Shown piece after piece: positions 30,777 through 39,418 of a stretch of DNA of 64,000 nucleotides. Origin of the DNA: an uncultured Chloroflexia bacterium (GTDB taxonomy: Bacteria; Chloroflexota; Limnocylindria; Limnocylindrales; CSP1-4); assembly GCA_963749705.1 (NCBI GenBank), contig CAVVNQ010000006.1, positions 64,001-128,000 on the forward strand. The letters run 5' to 3'. Position 1 is the stretch's first letter. Each line of letters opens with the position of its first letter. A program made the position numbers and the translations under genes. The notes under the pieces are model-generated. The model was not told the origin of the DNA. It was given only the letters and a program-made list of their open reading frames with translations, and did not search any database.

Positions 30777-33563
30777 ATGCTCGGTGCCGGCGCGGCCAGG
30801 TCCCAGGATCGTGCCCGAGACACGATCCTGCGCGACGGCGCCGCGATCCGGGTCCGCGATGCCGCGGCGGCCGACGAGGCTGACCTCGTCGCCTTCCTGC
30901 AGGGCCTCGACGCCGAGTCCCGGCGCCTCCGGTTCGCGAGCATGGGCACGGACCTCGTGGCGCGCGCGCATCGGTGGGCCACACCCGAGAGCGCCGAGGG
31001 CTGCTCTCTCGTCGCGTTGACCGGGACGACCGACACTGGGTCTGCGGAGATCGGGACAGCCGACCGGATCATCGGCAATGGGAGCTACGACCGCATCGAC
31101 GCCGACTCGGCGGAGGTCGCCTTCGTGGTCGCCGACGATTTCCAGGGCCGCGGCGTCGCCACCCTGCTGCTCGAGGAGCTGGCGCGCCGGGCCAACGAAT
31201 CCGGCATCACCACGTTCGTCGCCGAGGTCCTGCCCGAGAACGTGCGCATGCTCGAGGTGTTCAGGGCGAGCGGCTTCCCGGTTCGCGTTCATGCCGAGCC
31301 CGGATCCATCGACGTGGAGTTCCCGACCGAGCTCACCGGACCCGCCCGTGAGCGGTTCGAGCGGCGGGAGCAGGCAGCGGCCGCGGCGGCCGTCAGGTCG
31401 CTGCTCCACCCGTCGGCCGTCGCCGTAATCGGCGCATCCAGGCGCCGGGGCACCGTCGGCGGCGAGCTCTTCCACAACCTGCTCTCGAGCGGCTTCACCG
31501 GGCCGGTCTACCCCGTCAACCCGGCCGCCGATGTCGTGCAGTCCGTCGCCGCCTACAGATCGGTGCTCGACATTCCGGGGCCGGTCGACCTGGCCGTCAT
31601 CGTCCTGCCCGCCGCAGCCACCCTCGAGGCGGCTCGCGCCTGTGCCGGCAAGGGCGTCAGGAGCGTCATCGTCGTCTCGCCCGGCTTTGCCGAGACAGGC
31701 CCCGAGGGCGTGCAGCGACAGCGCGACCTCGTGGCCGTGTGCCGGAGTGCCGGTATGCGGCTGGTGGGCCCGAACTGCATGGGTGTGATCAACCTCGAGC
31801 CGGAGATCCGCCTCAACGCCACCTTCTCCCCTACCCTGCCGATCGAGGGTCGAGTGGGGTTCCTGTCGCAGAGCGGCGCCCTCGGCCTCGCGATCATCGA
31901 ACACGCGAACCGGCTCGGCCTGGGGCTCGCCAGCTTCATCTCCATCGGCAACAAGGCGGACCTGTCGGGCAATGACTTCCTCCAGTACTGGGAGTCGGAT
32001 CCCGCCTGTGGGGTCATCGCGCTGTACCTGGAATCGGTGGGCAACCCGCGCAAGTTCTCGCGGATCGCACGCCGCGTCGGGCGGACCAAGCCGATCATCG
32101 CGGTCAAGAGCGGACGATCGGCAGCGGGCGCCCGGGCAACCTCGTCGCACACCGGGGCCCTCATCGGCGCATCGGACGTCACGGTCGATGCGTTGTTCCA
32201 CCAGGCAGGCGTTGTCCGTACGGACACCCTCGGGGAGTTCTTCGACGTTGCGTCGCTGCTGGCCAACCAGCCGCTGCCCGGCGGCCGGTCCGTGGCGATC
32301 CTCACCAACGGGGGCGGACCCGGGATCCTCGCCGCCGACGCCTGTGAGGCGGACGGACTGAGCGTGCCGCCGCTTCCCGACGAGGTCCGACAGGCGCTCG
32401 CCGAGTTCCTGCCCGAGGCGGCGGCGCTTGGCAATCCGGTCGATACCATCGACGCTTCCCCGGACTCGTTCCGCAGGGCCATCGGCATCCTCGCCGCGTG
32501 CGAGAGCATTGACGCGATCGTCGTCCTGTTCGTCCCACCGCTCGGTGCGCGGACGGAGGACGTCGCGGGCGCCATCCACCGGGCCGTTTCCGAGCTTCCG
32601 CGCCAGATCCCGGTCATGGCGGTGTTCATGTCGGCCGAGGGTGGACCGGCCGCCCTCCGCAGCCCGGCGCTGCGGGTGCCGGCGTACAGCTATCCGGAGG
32701 ATGCCGTCCGGGCCCTGGCCCACGCTGCGGGGTACGCCGAGTGGCGAAGCGCACCGCCGGGCAACCTGCCCCGGTTCGACGACCTTCGTCAGGACGAGGC
32801 GGCGGCGGTCGTCGCGGCCGCGCTCGCCGAGATCGGTCCTGATGCCCGGACCGCCGGTGGCACCCTGGCGGGGTCATCCCTCGAAGGTGCCCCGACCGAT
32901 GACCGCTCGCGCTGGCTGCGGCCGGATGAGGTCGCCCGGATGCTGGCGTGCTACGGGATCCCGACCGCCGAATGGCGCCTCGTCGACACGCCCGAGGCTG
33001 CCGGCAATGCCGCCGCCGAGATCGGCGGCGCGGTCGCCCTCAAGGCCGTCGCGCCGGGGATCGTCCACAAGAAGGAGGCGCGAGCCGTCGTGCTGTCGCT
33101 CAAGGGTCGGGCTGCGGTCAGGAAGGCGGCCACGGCGATGGCCAGGGATCTCGCGGCCGCAGGGCACCCGGTCGAGCGCTTCTTCGTCCAGCACATGGTC
33201 CCGGACGGCCTCGAGATGCTGGTCGGGGTGGTCCACGACCGCCTGTTCGGACCGGTCATCGCATGCGGCGCGGGTGGCTCAGAGGTGGAGCTGCTCAAGG
33301 ACGTCGCCGTGCGGATCACGCCGCTGACAGATCGGGATGCCCGCGAGATGGTCCGGTCGCTGGCGATGTACCCCCTGCTCGAGGGCTACCGCAATGCCCC
33401 ACGATCGGACATCGCAGCGCTGGAGGACACATTGCTCCGGGTGAGCACGATGGTCGAGGATCATCCTGAGATCGTCGAGATGGACTGCAACCCGGTCACC
33501 GTGCTGGAGCACGGTGCCGTCGTCGTCGACGCCCGCGTCAGGATCGAGGCACACCGGGCGTAG
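30777..33563 (+). CDS. Pat-type protein lysine acetyltransferase: N-terminal GNAT plus ADP-forming acyl-CoA synthetase-like and ATP-grasp domains
   Basis: AEVAFVVADDFQGRGVA (GNAT), VIGAS, VGPNCMG, SQSGA, SIGNKAD, HTGAL, TNGGG, DCNPV. SD AGGAGG. Confidence 0.9.
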   Translation: MLGAGAARSQDRARDTILRDGAAIRVRDAAAADEADLVAFLQGLDAESRRLRFASMGTDLVARAHRWATPESAEGCSLVALTGTTDTGSAEIGTADRIIGNGSYDRIDADSAEVAFVVADDFQGRGVATLLLEELARRANESGITTFVAEVLPENVRMLEVFRASGFPVRVHAEPGSIDVEFPTELTGPARERFERREQAAAAAAVRSLLHPSAVAVIGASRRRGTVGGELFHNLLSSGFTGPVYPVNPAADVVQSVAAYRSVLDIPGPVDLAVIVLPAAATLEAARACAGKGVRSVIVVSPGFAETGPEGVQRQRDLVAVCRSAGMRLVGPNCMGVINLEPEIRLNATFSPTLPIEGRVGFLSQSGALGLAIIEHANRLGLGLASFISIGNKADLSGNDFLQYWESDPACGVIALYLESVGNPRKFSRIARRVGRTKPIIAVKSGRSAAGARATSSHTGALIGASDVTVDALFHQAGVVRTDTLGEFFDVASLLANQPLPGGRSVAILTNGGGPGILAADACEADGLSVPPLPDEVRQALAEFLPEAAALGNPVDTIDASPDSFRRAIGILAACESIDAIVVLFVPPLGARTEDVAGAIHRAVSELPRQIPVMAVFMSAEGGPAALRSPALRVPAYSYPEDAVRALAHAAGYAEWRSAPPGNLPRFDDLRQDEAAAVVAAALAEIGPDARTAGGTLAGSSLEGAPTDDRSRWLRPDEVARMLACYGIPTAEWRLVDTPEAAGNAAAEIGGAVALKAVAPGIVHKKEARAVVLSLKGRAAVRKAATAMARDLAAAGHPVERFFVQHMVPDGLEMLVGVVHDRLFGPVIACGAGGSEVELLKDVAVRITPLTDRDAREMVRSLAMYPLLEGYRNAPRSDIAALEDTLLRVSTMVEDHPEIVEMDCNPVTVLEHGAVVVDARVRIEAHRA

Positions 33564-33641
33564 GCGTCGATCCGTTGAGCCGATGCCGTCCGAAGCGCAT
33601 CTCGTCGGTGCCGGCCGGGCCGGCGGGCCCGAGCGTGCGAG

Positions 33642-33836
33642 CTAGCGGTTGCGGGCCAGGAAGGCCATCACGTCGTCCAGCCGGAACCGGCGGTCGCCGC
33701 GCTTGCACACGCGGTAGAACGGCAGCTCGCCGCGGTCGCCGAGCCGCTTCACGGTGTTGACGTGAAGGTGAAGCATCTCGGCGACCTCACTCGCGGTGAG
33801 CATCGGGCCGAGGTCGTTGATTGCCATTGACGCCAT
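33642..33836 (-). CDS. Small MerR/excisionase-type HTH protein (BldC-like)
   Basis: MLTASEVAEMLHLHVNTVKRLGDRGELPFYRVCKRGDRRFRLDDV. Confidence 0.85.
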   Translation of the reverse strand: MASMAINDLGPMLTASEVAEMLHLHVNTVKRLGDRGELPFYRVCKRGDRRFRLDDVMAFLARNR

Positions 33837-34256
33837 GGGGTGTCGCCTCTTGCGAACGCTGGGAGCCGTTCGGTCCGTTGTGGGCACTGTGGTGCAGTCC
33901 GGCTCGCTTCTGGGAGGAGTGTCTCGGTCCGGGGGGCGCGCGCCAAGCCGTACTCTCGACTACCCGGTGGTACCAGACTGCACGGATCGGCAGCGAACGG
34001 CTCCGGAACGTGCGCGGGAGCGATGTCCACGCGGGCTCCCACCCGGCCAGTGGGCCGGGGCCGACAGGGCCACGCGGTGCATGGGGGCACTGCCATGCGT
34101 CATGCGGCGACGCCTGTCGGCCCCCGGACCGTCGGTCGCCCGGGAGGGATCCCGGATCGCCGATGGCGGCATTGTGGCGCGGTCTCGGCCACCCTGCACG
34201 CGCCGTGGTTCGCGGACGGATCCGGCTCGCCCGGCGCACCGGAGACCAACCCCGGC

Positions 34257-34994
34257 TCAGGCCCCTGCCAGCGTCTCCAGCTCGGGGCGGAGCGCCGCGA
34301 TGTCGCCGTCCTCGCGCGCCCACTCGAGGAGGTCCGGCCGGCGCTTGAACACATCGCGCAGGAGCCGCCGTGCGTCGTCCAGCCGGCCGCCGAGCGCCTC
34401 GAAGCAGGCCACGTTGTAGAGCATCACCGCGGCGTCCCGGTCCGGCAGCCGGCCGCGCAACAGGATCGCCTCGATCCGGTCGGTGAACGCCCGGAACCGG
34501 CGTCCGGCCTCGTCGCCGGCCAGTGCCGCGACCTCGCCCAGGTGCGCGAGCGCATGGTTGGCGCCGTTGGCGCCGATCCCGGCCACCAGCCGGTCCGCGC
34601 GGTTCAGCTCGTCGACGGACGTAGACCTCACCTGGGTTTCGAGGGCATCGATGCTCGCGTCGGCCTCGGCAGCGACCTGGTCCCACGACCAGGCGCCACG
34701 CCTGGCCTGGATCCGCGCGTTCGCCTCGTCGTCCGACGCGGCCGGGGCGTCGCCGTCCGCCATGTCCGGCTGGAGCTCGCGGACACCCGTCCGCAGGCGC
34801 TCCGCCTCGACGCCGCGCCATGCCGCAAGGTGCGCCCGCAGGTCCTTGGCCGACCACTCCCCGATCCGGCCCCTCGCGTCGCGGACCGCGGGCTCGAGCA
34901 TTGCGAAGATGTCGTGCTCCGCCGCCCGGGTCTCCTCGAGCATCTCGATCAGGTCGTCATGGAGCGGCGAAGTGCCGGTTGCATCGGTCGTCAT
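34257..34994 (-). CDS. DinB-like domain protein with C-terminal TPR-type end motif
   Basis: WSAKDLRAHLAAW, HALAH; LYNVACFEALGG...WAREDGDIAALR. Confidence 0.75.
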   Translation of the reverse strand: MTTDATGTSPLHDDLIEMLEETRAAEHDIFAMLEPAVRDARGRIGEWSAKDLRAHLAAWRGVEAERLRTGVRELQPDMADGDAPAASDDEANARIQARRGAWSWDQVAAEADASIDALETQVRSTSVDELNRADRLVAGIGANGANHALAHLGEVAALAGDEAGRRFRAFTDRIEAILLRGRLPDRDAAVMLYNVACFEALGGRLDDARRLLRDVFKRRPDLLEWAREDGDIAALRPELETLAGA

Positions 34995-35147
34995 GGTCCG
35001 TGATGGTAACGGCGGCGGCGACGCTGGCAAGGGGGTCGCCCACGCGGATGCGAGCGCGGCTCGAGAAATTGGCACCCGATCGGTCTTGACAGCGCACCTC
35101 GACTCGCGAACGATCACGCCGTTGGTGCGCACAGCCAAGGGAGCGCG

Positions 35148-35609
35148 ATGAAGGCCGTGGCGATGCTCGTCGTCCTGCTGGCCCTCGCCGGCTGTTCCAC
35201 CGTGCAGCCCACACCCGACCCGGGCCAGGTCATCCACCTGGTGAACAACTCGGGTCGCGCGGTCATGCTCGAGGCGGGCAGCCTCCTCGACGACCAGATG
35301 CCCACGGCGGCCCGGCCCTGCGGCGGCGAAGCCTCCGTCGCGGTGACGGCGGCGAGCTACGAGAACGACGGGCGGCTCATTGCCGGGCTCGCCATCGATC
35401 CCAGCGGGAGCCTTGACGTCGCGCTGCGCGGGTACGTCGGAGATCCGATCGACATGCCCGGGACGTTCACGGCGTCGCTCATCTGGTCGGACGGGACGCT
35501 CGCCGGGCGGCTGCCGATGGTCCTCACCGTCGCATCCGACCTGACGGTCACGGAGTCCTCCGAGCCGGGGCCGCCCTCGGCGGTTGGCTGCCTCCCGATG
35601 TACCCGTGA
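35148..35609 (+). CDS. Hypothetical lipoprotein
   Basis: MK..LLALAGC lipobox, SD AAGGGAG, TTGACA promoter at 35086. Confidence 0.75.
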   Translation: MKAVAMLVVLLALAGCSTVQPTPDPGQVIHLVNNSGRAVMLEAGSLLDDQMPTAARPCGGEASVAVTAASYENDGRLIAGLAIDPSGSLDVALRGYVGDPIDMPGTFTASLIWSDGTLAGRLPMVLTVASDLTVTESSEPGPPSAVGCLPMYP

Positions 35610-35657
35610 TCCGGTCGGGCCGGCCGCTATCGCCGGACGGAGTCGCGCGACGGCCGC

Positions 35658-36947
35658 TCAGGCGCCGGCCTTGAGCGCGAGGATCCGGTCGTATGAGGCG
35701 TCGAGGGCGGCCCGCGAGATCCGGCCATCGGCAGCGGCCGTCATCAGGGCCGCGTAGACCTTGGCCGTCGACAATTCGGAGCCGGTCACGAGGATCATGT
35801 CCACGCCCGCAGCGGCGGCGCTCAGCGCGAGCTGGCTGGGCGACACTTCGCGGGCGGCCGCCGTGCCGGTCAGGGAGTCGGTGATCGTGACCCCGGTGAA
35901 GCCCATCTGCTGCCGGAGCATTGTCGTCGCGATCGCACCGGACCAGCCGGCCGCCGCGAGCGGGTCGTAGGCCGTGTAGGTGGCGTTCGACAGCATGATC
36001 ATCGGGATCCGCTCCGCGATGGCCTGCTGGTAGGGACGCAGGCCCGGTGTAAGCGCAGTCGCTGACTCCGTGATCGTCACCGCGTGGCTGTCCGTGTTGA
36101 GCGTCGCGAACCCGAGACCCGGGAAGTGCTTCATCACGGGCACCACACCCTCGGACTCGAGCCCCTGGGCAAACGCGTTGGCCAGGCTTGCGGTCGTGGA
36201 CGCGCTGAACGACCACGTCCGATCCTCGAGATACATGAATGAGTCCTCGGACGCCGGCACGTCCGCAACGGGAGCGAGGTCGACGTCGATCCCCAGGTCG
36301 CGCAGCGCACGGCCGGTGGCAGCTCCCTGGGACCGGGCGCCCGAGGCGCTGCCCTGGTCACCCATCTCGATGGTCGATAACGTCGGCGGTGCCCAGGGAA
36401 CCCGCCTGACCTCTCCGCCCTCCTGGTCGACCGCGATCAGCAACGGCGGCTGTCCGCCATCCGCAGCCGCCTCGCGAAGCGTCCGGGTGAGCTCGGCCAA
36501 TGCGTCGGGCGTCGTGATGTTGAAGCCGAACAGGATGACGCCGCCGACCTCACCGCGACGGATCCGACCGAGGAGGCTCGGGGTCGGCTGGGTCCCGTCC
36601 ATCCTCACCATCAGCTTCTGTCCGATCAACTGAGCGAGGGACGAGCCGGCGGACGCCGTGGAAGTGGCCGTCGGCGCAGGAGTGGGCATCGGGGTCGGAG
36701 CGGCCGTGGGCGCCGTGGTCGGAACCGCCGTGGGTGTCGGCGTCGGCGCAGTCAGCGTCGGCGGCACCGTTGGCGACTGGGTCAGGGTCGGGCTTGGGGA
36801 CGACGTACCGATCGAGCTGGCCGGCCGCGTTGCCGGCGCCGTGGCACGCGTGGGCGTCTGGCTCGGCGGAACGTGCGTCACGGGAACCTGGCCGCCGCAC
36901 GCGGCGACGACGAGCAATGCGGCGAGGACGACGCCCACGGGTCTCAC
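35658..36947 (-). CDS. GH3 beta-N-acetylhexosaminidase (NagZ-like) lipoprotein with P/T-rich linker
   Basis: Lipobox VAACG, IAVDQEGG, LAPVADV, KHFPGLG...DSH, ITDSL. Start uncertain (36947 or 36983). Confidence 0.88.
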   Translation of the reverse strand: MRPVGVVLAALLVVAACGGQVPVTHVPPSQTPTRATAPATRPASSIGTSSPSPTLTQSPTVPPTLTAPTPTPTAVPTTAPTAAPTPMPTPAPTATSTASAGSSLAQLIGQKLMVRMDGTQPTPSLLGRIRRGEVGGVILFGFNITTPDALAELTRTLREAAADGGQPPLLIAVDQEGGEVRRVPWAPPTLSTIEMGDQGSASGARSQGAATGRALRDLGIDVDLAPVADVPASEDSFMYLEDRTWSFSASTTASLANAFAQGLESEGVVPVMKHFPGLGFATLNTDSHAVTITESATALTPGLRPYQQAIAERIPMIMLSNATYTAYDPLAAAGWSGAIATTMLRQQMGFTGVTITDSLTGTAAAREVSPSQLALSAAAAGVDMILVTGSELSTAKVYAALMTAAADGRISRAALDASYDRILALKAGA

Positions 36948-37420
36948 GTCCTTCTGACGACCCGCGGGCGGTGTTCCGTTCAACGGCTCAACCGCTGAAC
37001 GCCGCCGTGGCCGATGCCGAATTGTCGGGTGGGGCAGTCCCCGAGGACATCATCGCGAGGCTAGCTGCCGAGGGCGATGCCGAGGCCATCTGATGATGGA
37101 GTTGATGGAGCTGCGGCTGGCCGTCATGCGCGTGATGCCGAGGAGGACGCGGCTCGTCCGAGGCCGGGATCAATGAGGCATCCAAAGACCCGCGCTCAAC
37201 GCGCCCTACGTGCCGCCCGTGTGGAGTGGCGCGAGGCCGCTGAGCTCCCGGAACCGTCGCTGACGTTCGGGCGCGACTGTCACCCTCGAAACATGCCTAG
37301 CCGCCGACCTCAAGACAGCACTCGGCCGATTGGATGAAGGTGTGGTCCAGCTAGGTTCCGGAATGGCGCTTCGTGGCCGACGGCCCCGACAGCCGGAGTC
37401 GATCCCCGTGGAATGCTCGA

Positions 37421-37672
37421 TCAGTCGGTCGGCGGCGAGCTTCGGTGGGGGCCGAGGATCTTGCCCCACTCAATGAGTGCGAGTGCCACGAGGGCAAGAC
37501 CAACAAAGATGGCGCGAGCCGCCCAGGTGATGGCGACTGCGCCCGGATCGCCATCGAGGCCACCCGTATTTCCCGGGTTGTCTATCACGCCAGCGCCCTG
37601 CGGAATGAAGCTCACGGCGTTGTAGATGAACCAAGCCGCTGCTCCAGCGGCGAACAGCGAGCGCATCCTCAT
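37421..37672 (-). CDS. Small hypothetical membrane protein
   Basis: Two hydrophobic segments; SD GGGAGGG upstream. Lies in a degenerate islet. Confidence 0.45.
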   Translation of the reverse strand: MRMRSLFAAGAAAWFIYNAVSFIPQGAGVIDNPGNTGGLDGDPGAVAITWAARAIFVGLALVALALIEWGKILGPHRSSPPTD

Positions 37673-37848
37673 TTTCCCTCCCGGATGGCTGTGGACGATA
37701 GCGGTGGACGACCGCGGATGGGCGTGAGGGGCGGAGCCGAAATTTCGCGGCGGCAGGAGCTAGCCGGACAGGGAGACGGTCGCTTTGCAGCGCCCACCTG
37801 ACGTTTGATCTCCGAGGTTCGGGGACGTCCGTTGCTGATACCCGCGCG

Positions 37849-38097
37849 CTACTTGTCCACGCGCTCGCGCTGAGCTTCCCGGATATCTGCCGCAACGTCG
37901 GTTCCGAACGGGGTAAGTAGCGGCGCGGAAGCGGCGTGTGATCGGCCGACGCCGAATTGCGCGATCTGCTCGTGTCCGAACGCGTCGAGGGCGTCGGGAT
38001 CGAGGCGTGGATCCACAGCCGGTGGCCCGTCGGCGATCCCGCGGGGCACTGGGACCAGCGCAACGAGCCAGGAGCGGAGCCGCCGGAGCCTACCCAC
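37849..38097 (-). CDS. Small hypothetical protein
   Basis: Purine-rich SD GAAGGAAGGAAG before GTG 38097. Confidence 0.4.
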   Translation of the reverse strand: MGRLRRLRSWLVALVPVPRGIADGPPAVDPRLDPDALDAFGHEQIAQFGVGRSHAASAPLLTPFGTDVAADIREAQRERVDK

Positions 38098-38546
38098 TGA
38101 CGCTTCCTTCCTTCGAGGACGCGGCGACGAGGCTTGGATTCTACTCCGCGGGTGGATCGTCCTGGCGGAACCAGAGCGCGGGGCCACGGGTGAGTCTAGG
38201 TTTTCTCCCGTCAGCTTGACGTTCGCCCGGTCATTACCGCCGGAACATCGCTCGGTGGAGCGCCAACACGTTGGAGGTTCGCTGCGCGGCCACGGCCGGC
38301 GGCTGCCTCGGGATGTTCGTCGGCTTCGTCGCGGGAGCTCTCTAGTGCGGGACGAGATGGTCTGCTGGTTGGACCACTATCGGCAGTGCTCCCTCTGAGT
38401 CGACGGCTGGCACGACCGAGGCTCCAATCTGGGTCACGCGGGCGAAGCGCGAGATGATCCTCCAATGGCGAACCAAGATGCGCTCGGTGCGGACCAGCGA
38501 GGTCTGTGGGCGCTGAGGCACGGACAGTTGTTTGGTGGGTGGTGTC

Positions 38547-38622
38547 TGGCGCCCCCGGCAGGAATCGAACCTGCGACCTACCGCTTAGAAGGCGGCTGCT
38601 CTATCCGCTGAGCTACGGGGGC
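38547..38622 (-). tRNA. tRNA-Arg (anticodon TCT)
   Basis: GCCCCCGTAGCTCAGCGGATAGAGCAGCCGCC-TTCTAA-GCGGTAGGTCGCAGGTTCGATTCCTGCCGGGGGCGCCA; anticodon loop CTTCTAA, encoded CCA. Confidence 0.97.
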
Positions 38623-38715
38623 CGGGCCGGAAGCCAGTCTACGCACGATCCGGCGGGCCCGGCGCCGATCGACGTGCCGGCGGCCCGGCACGCGAGCAGC
38701 CGCTATCGTCGGGAG

Positions 38716-39060
38716 ATGCGCGAGGCTGCCCCGAAATCGTCACCACCCGCCCTGCGGTCTTCTCTGGTGCGCCTCGCCCTCGTGACGCAGCTCGCCGACG
38801 TGGCGACGTTCCTCGTCGCGGTCCTGATCGAGCCCGCGCTCGTGTCGTTCGAGGTCGGACCGATCGGGATGATCTACGCGCTGGGTGGCCCGGTCGCAGC
38901 GACGGCGTTCAAGCTGGCCGGGCTCGCCACCGTGTTCGCCGCGCTTGCGATCTACCGGGGACGGCTGACCACGCCGATCCTGATCGCGGTCGTTGTGCTC
39001 GGCTTGGTAGGCGCCACGGCCAACGTCCACGCGCTGCTCGTCGCGCGCCATCTCATCTGA
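38716..39060 (+). CDS. Small membrane protein (about 3 TM)
   Basis: Hydrophobic segments. TATCGT lies 6 nt before the ATG. Confidence 0.7.
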   Translation: MREAAPKSSPPALRSSLVRLALVTQLADVATFLVAVLIEPALVSFEVGPIGMIYALGGPVAATAFKLAGLATVFAALAIYRGRLTTPILIAVVVLGLVGATANVHALLVARHLI

Positions 39061-39104
39061 ATGCGCGCTGGACCGTTCGCAGGCCTGCCGCCAGATTCCC
39101 CGAC

Positions 39105-39247
39105 AGGTCGAGACTCAGGCGGCGTGAAACCTTCCCCGCCATCGCGGCGTGAAACCTTCCATGCCGTCGCTGCCTCAGAGAGTCGGCAAAACTCCTCCCG
39201 GGGGAGCCCCGGCTGCCGAATCCCCGTCGGCGGCCGGGGCCCTTTCA
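39105..39247 (+). ncRNA. Candidate small RNA with repeated CCUUCC/CUCCUCC loops and a terminator
   Basis: GCGGCGTGAAACCTTCC twice (39119, 39144), AAAACTCCTCCC, then a 14-bp stem at 39206-39240 followed by CCTTTC. Confidence 0.45.
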
Positions 39248-39418
39248 TGTCCGCGGGCGAACTGCTGGGTACGCTCGGCCCCACCCGAGTCGGATGACGA
39301 CCGTCAGGTGGTCCCGATGGGGCATTCGACCCACTGCGCGCAGGGATTCGCCGGTGCTATGCTCCGCACCCCTTCGTCCGGGATGCCCAGTCGCCGGACG
39401 ACCTCGTCGAGCCCGGGA

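Noticed and set aside
33642-33836. Excisionase of a prophage or ICE
   Set aside because: No integrase, att repeat or phage genes in the window; treated as a BldC-like regulator.
38506-38715. N-terminal extension of the ORF 38506-39060
   Set aside because: Overlaps tRNA-Arg on the opposite strand. The real start is probably ATG 38716.
39149-39418. N-terminal extension of the methyltransferase ORF
   Set aside because: Crosses a terminator-like hairpin and an extended -10 element, and the translated text is low-complexity.
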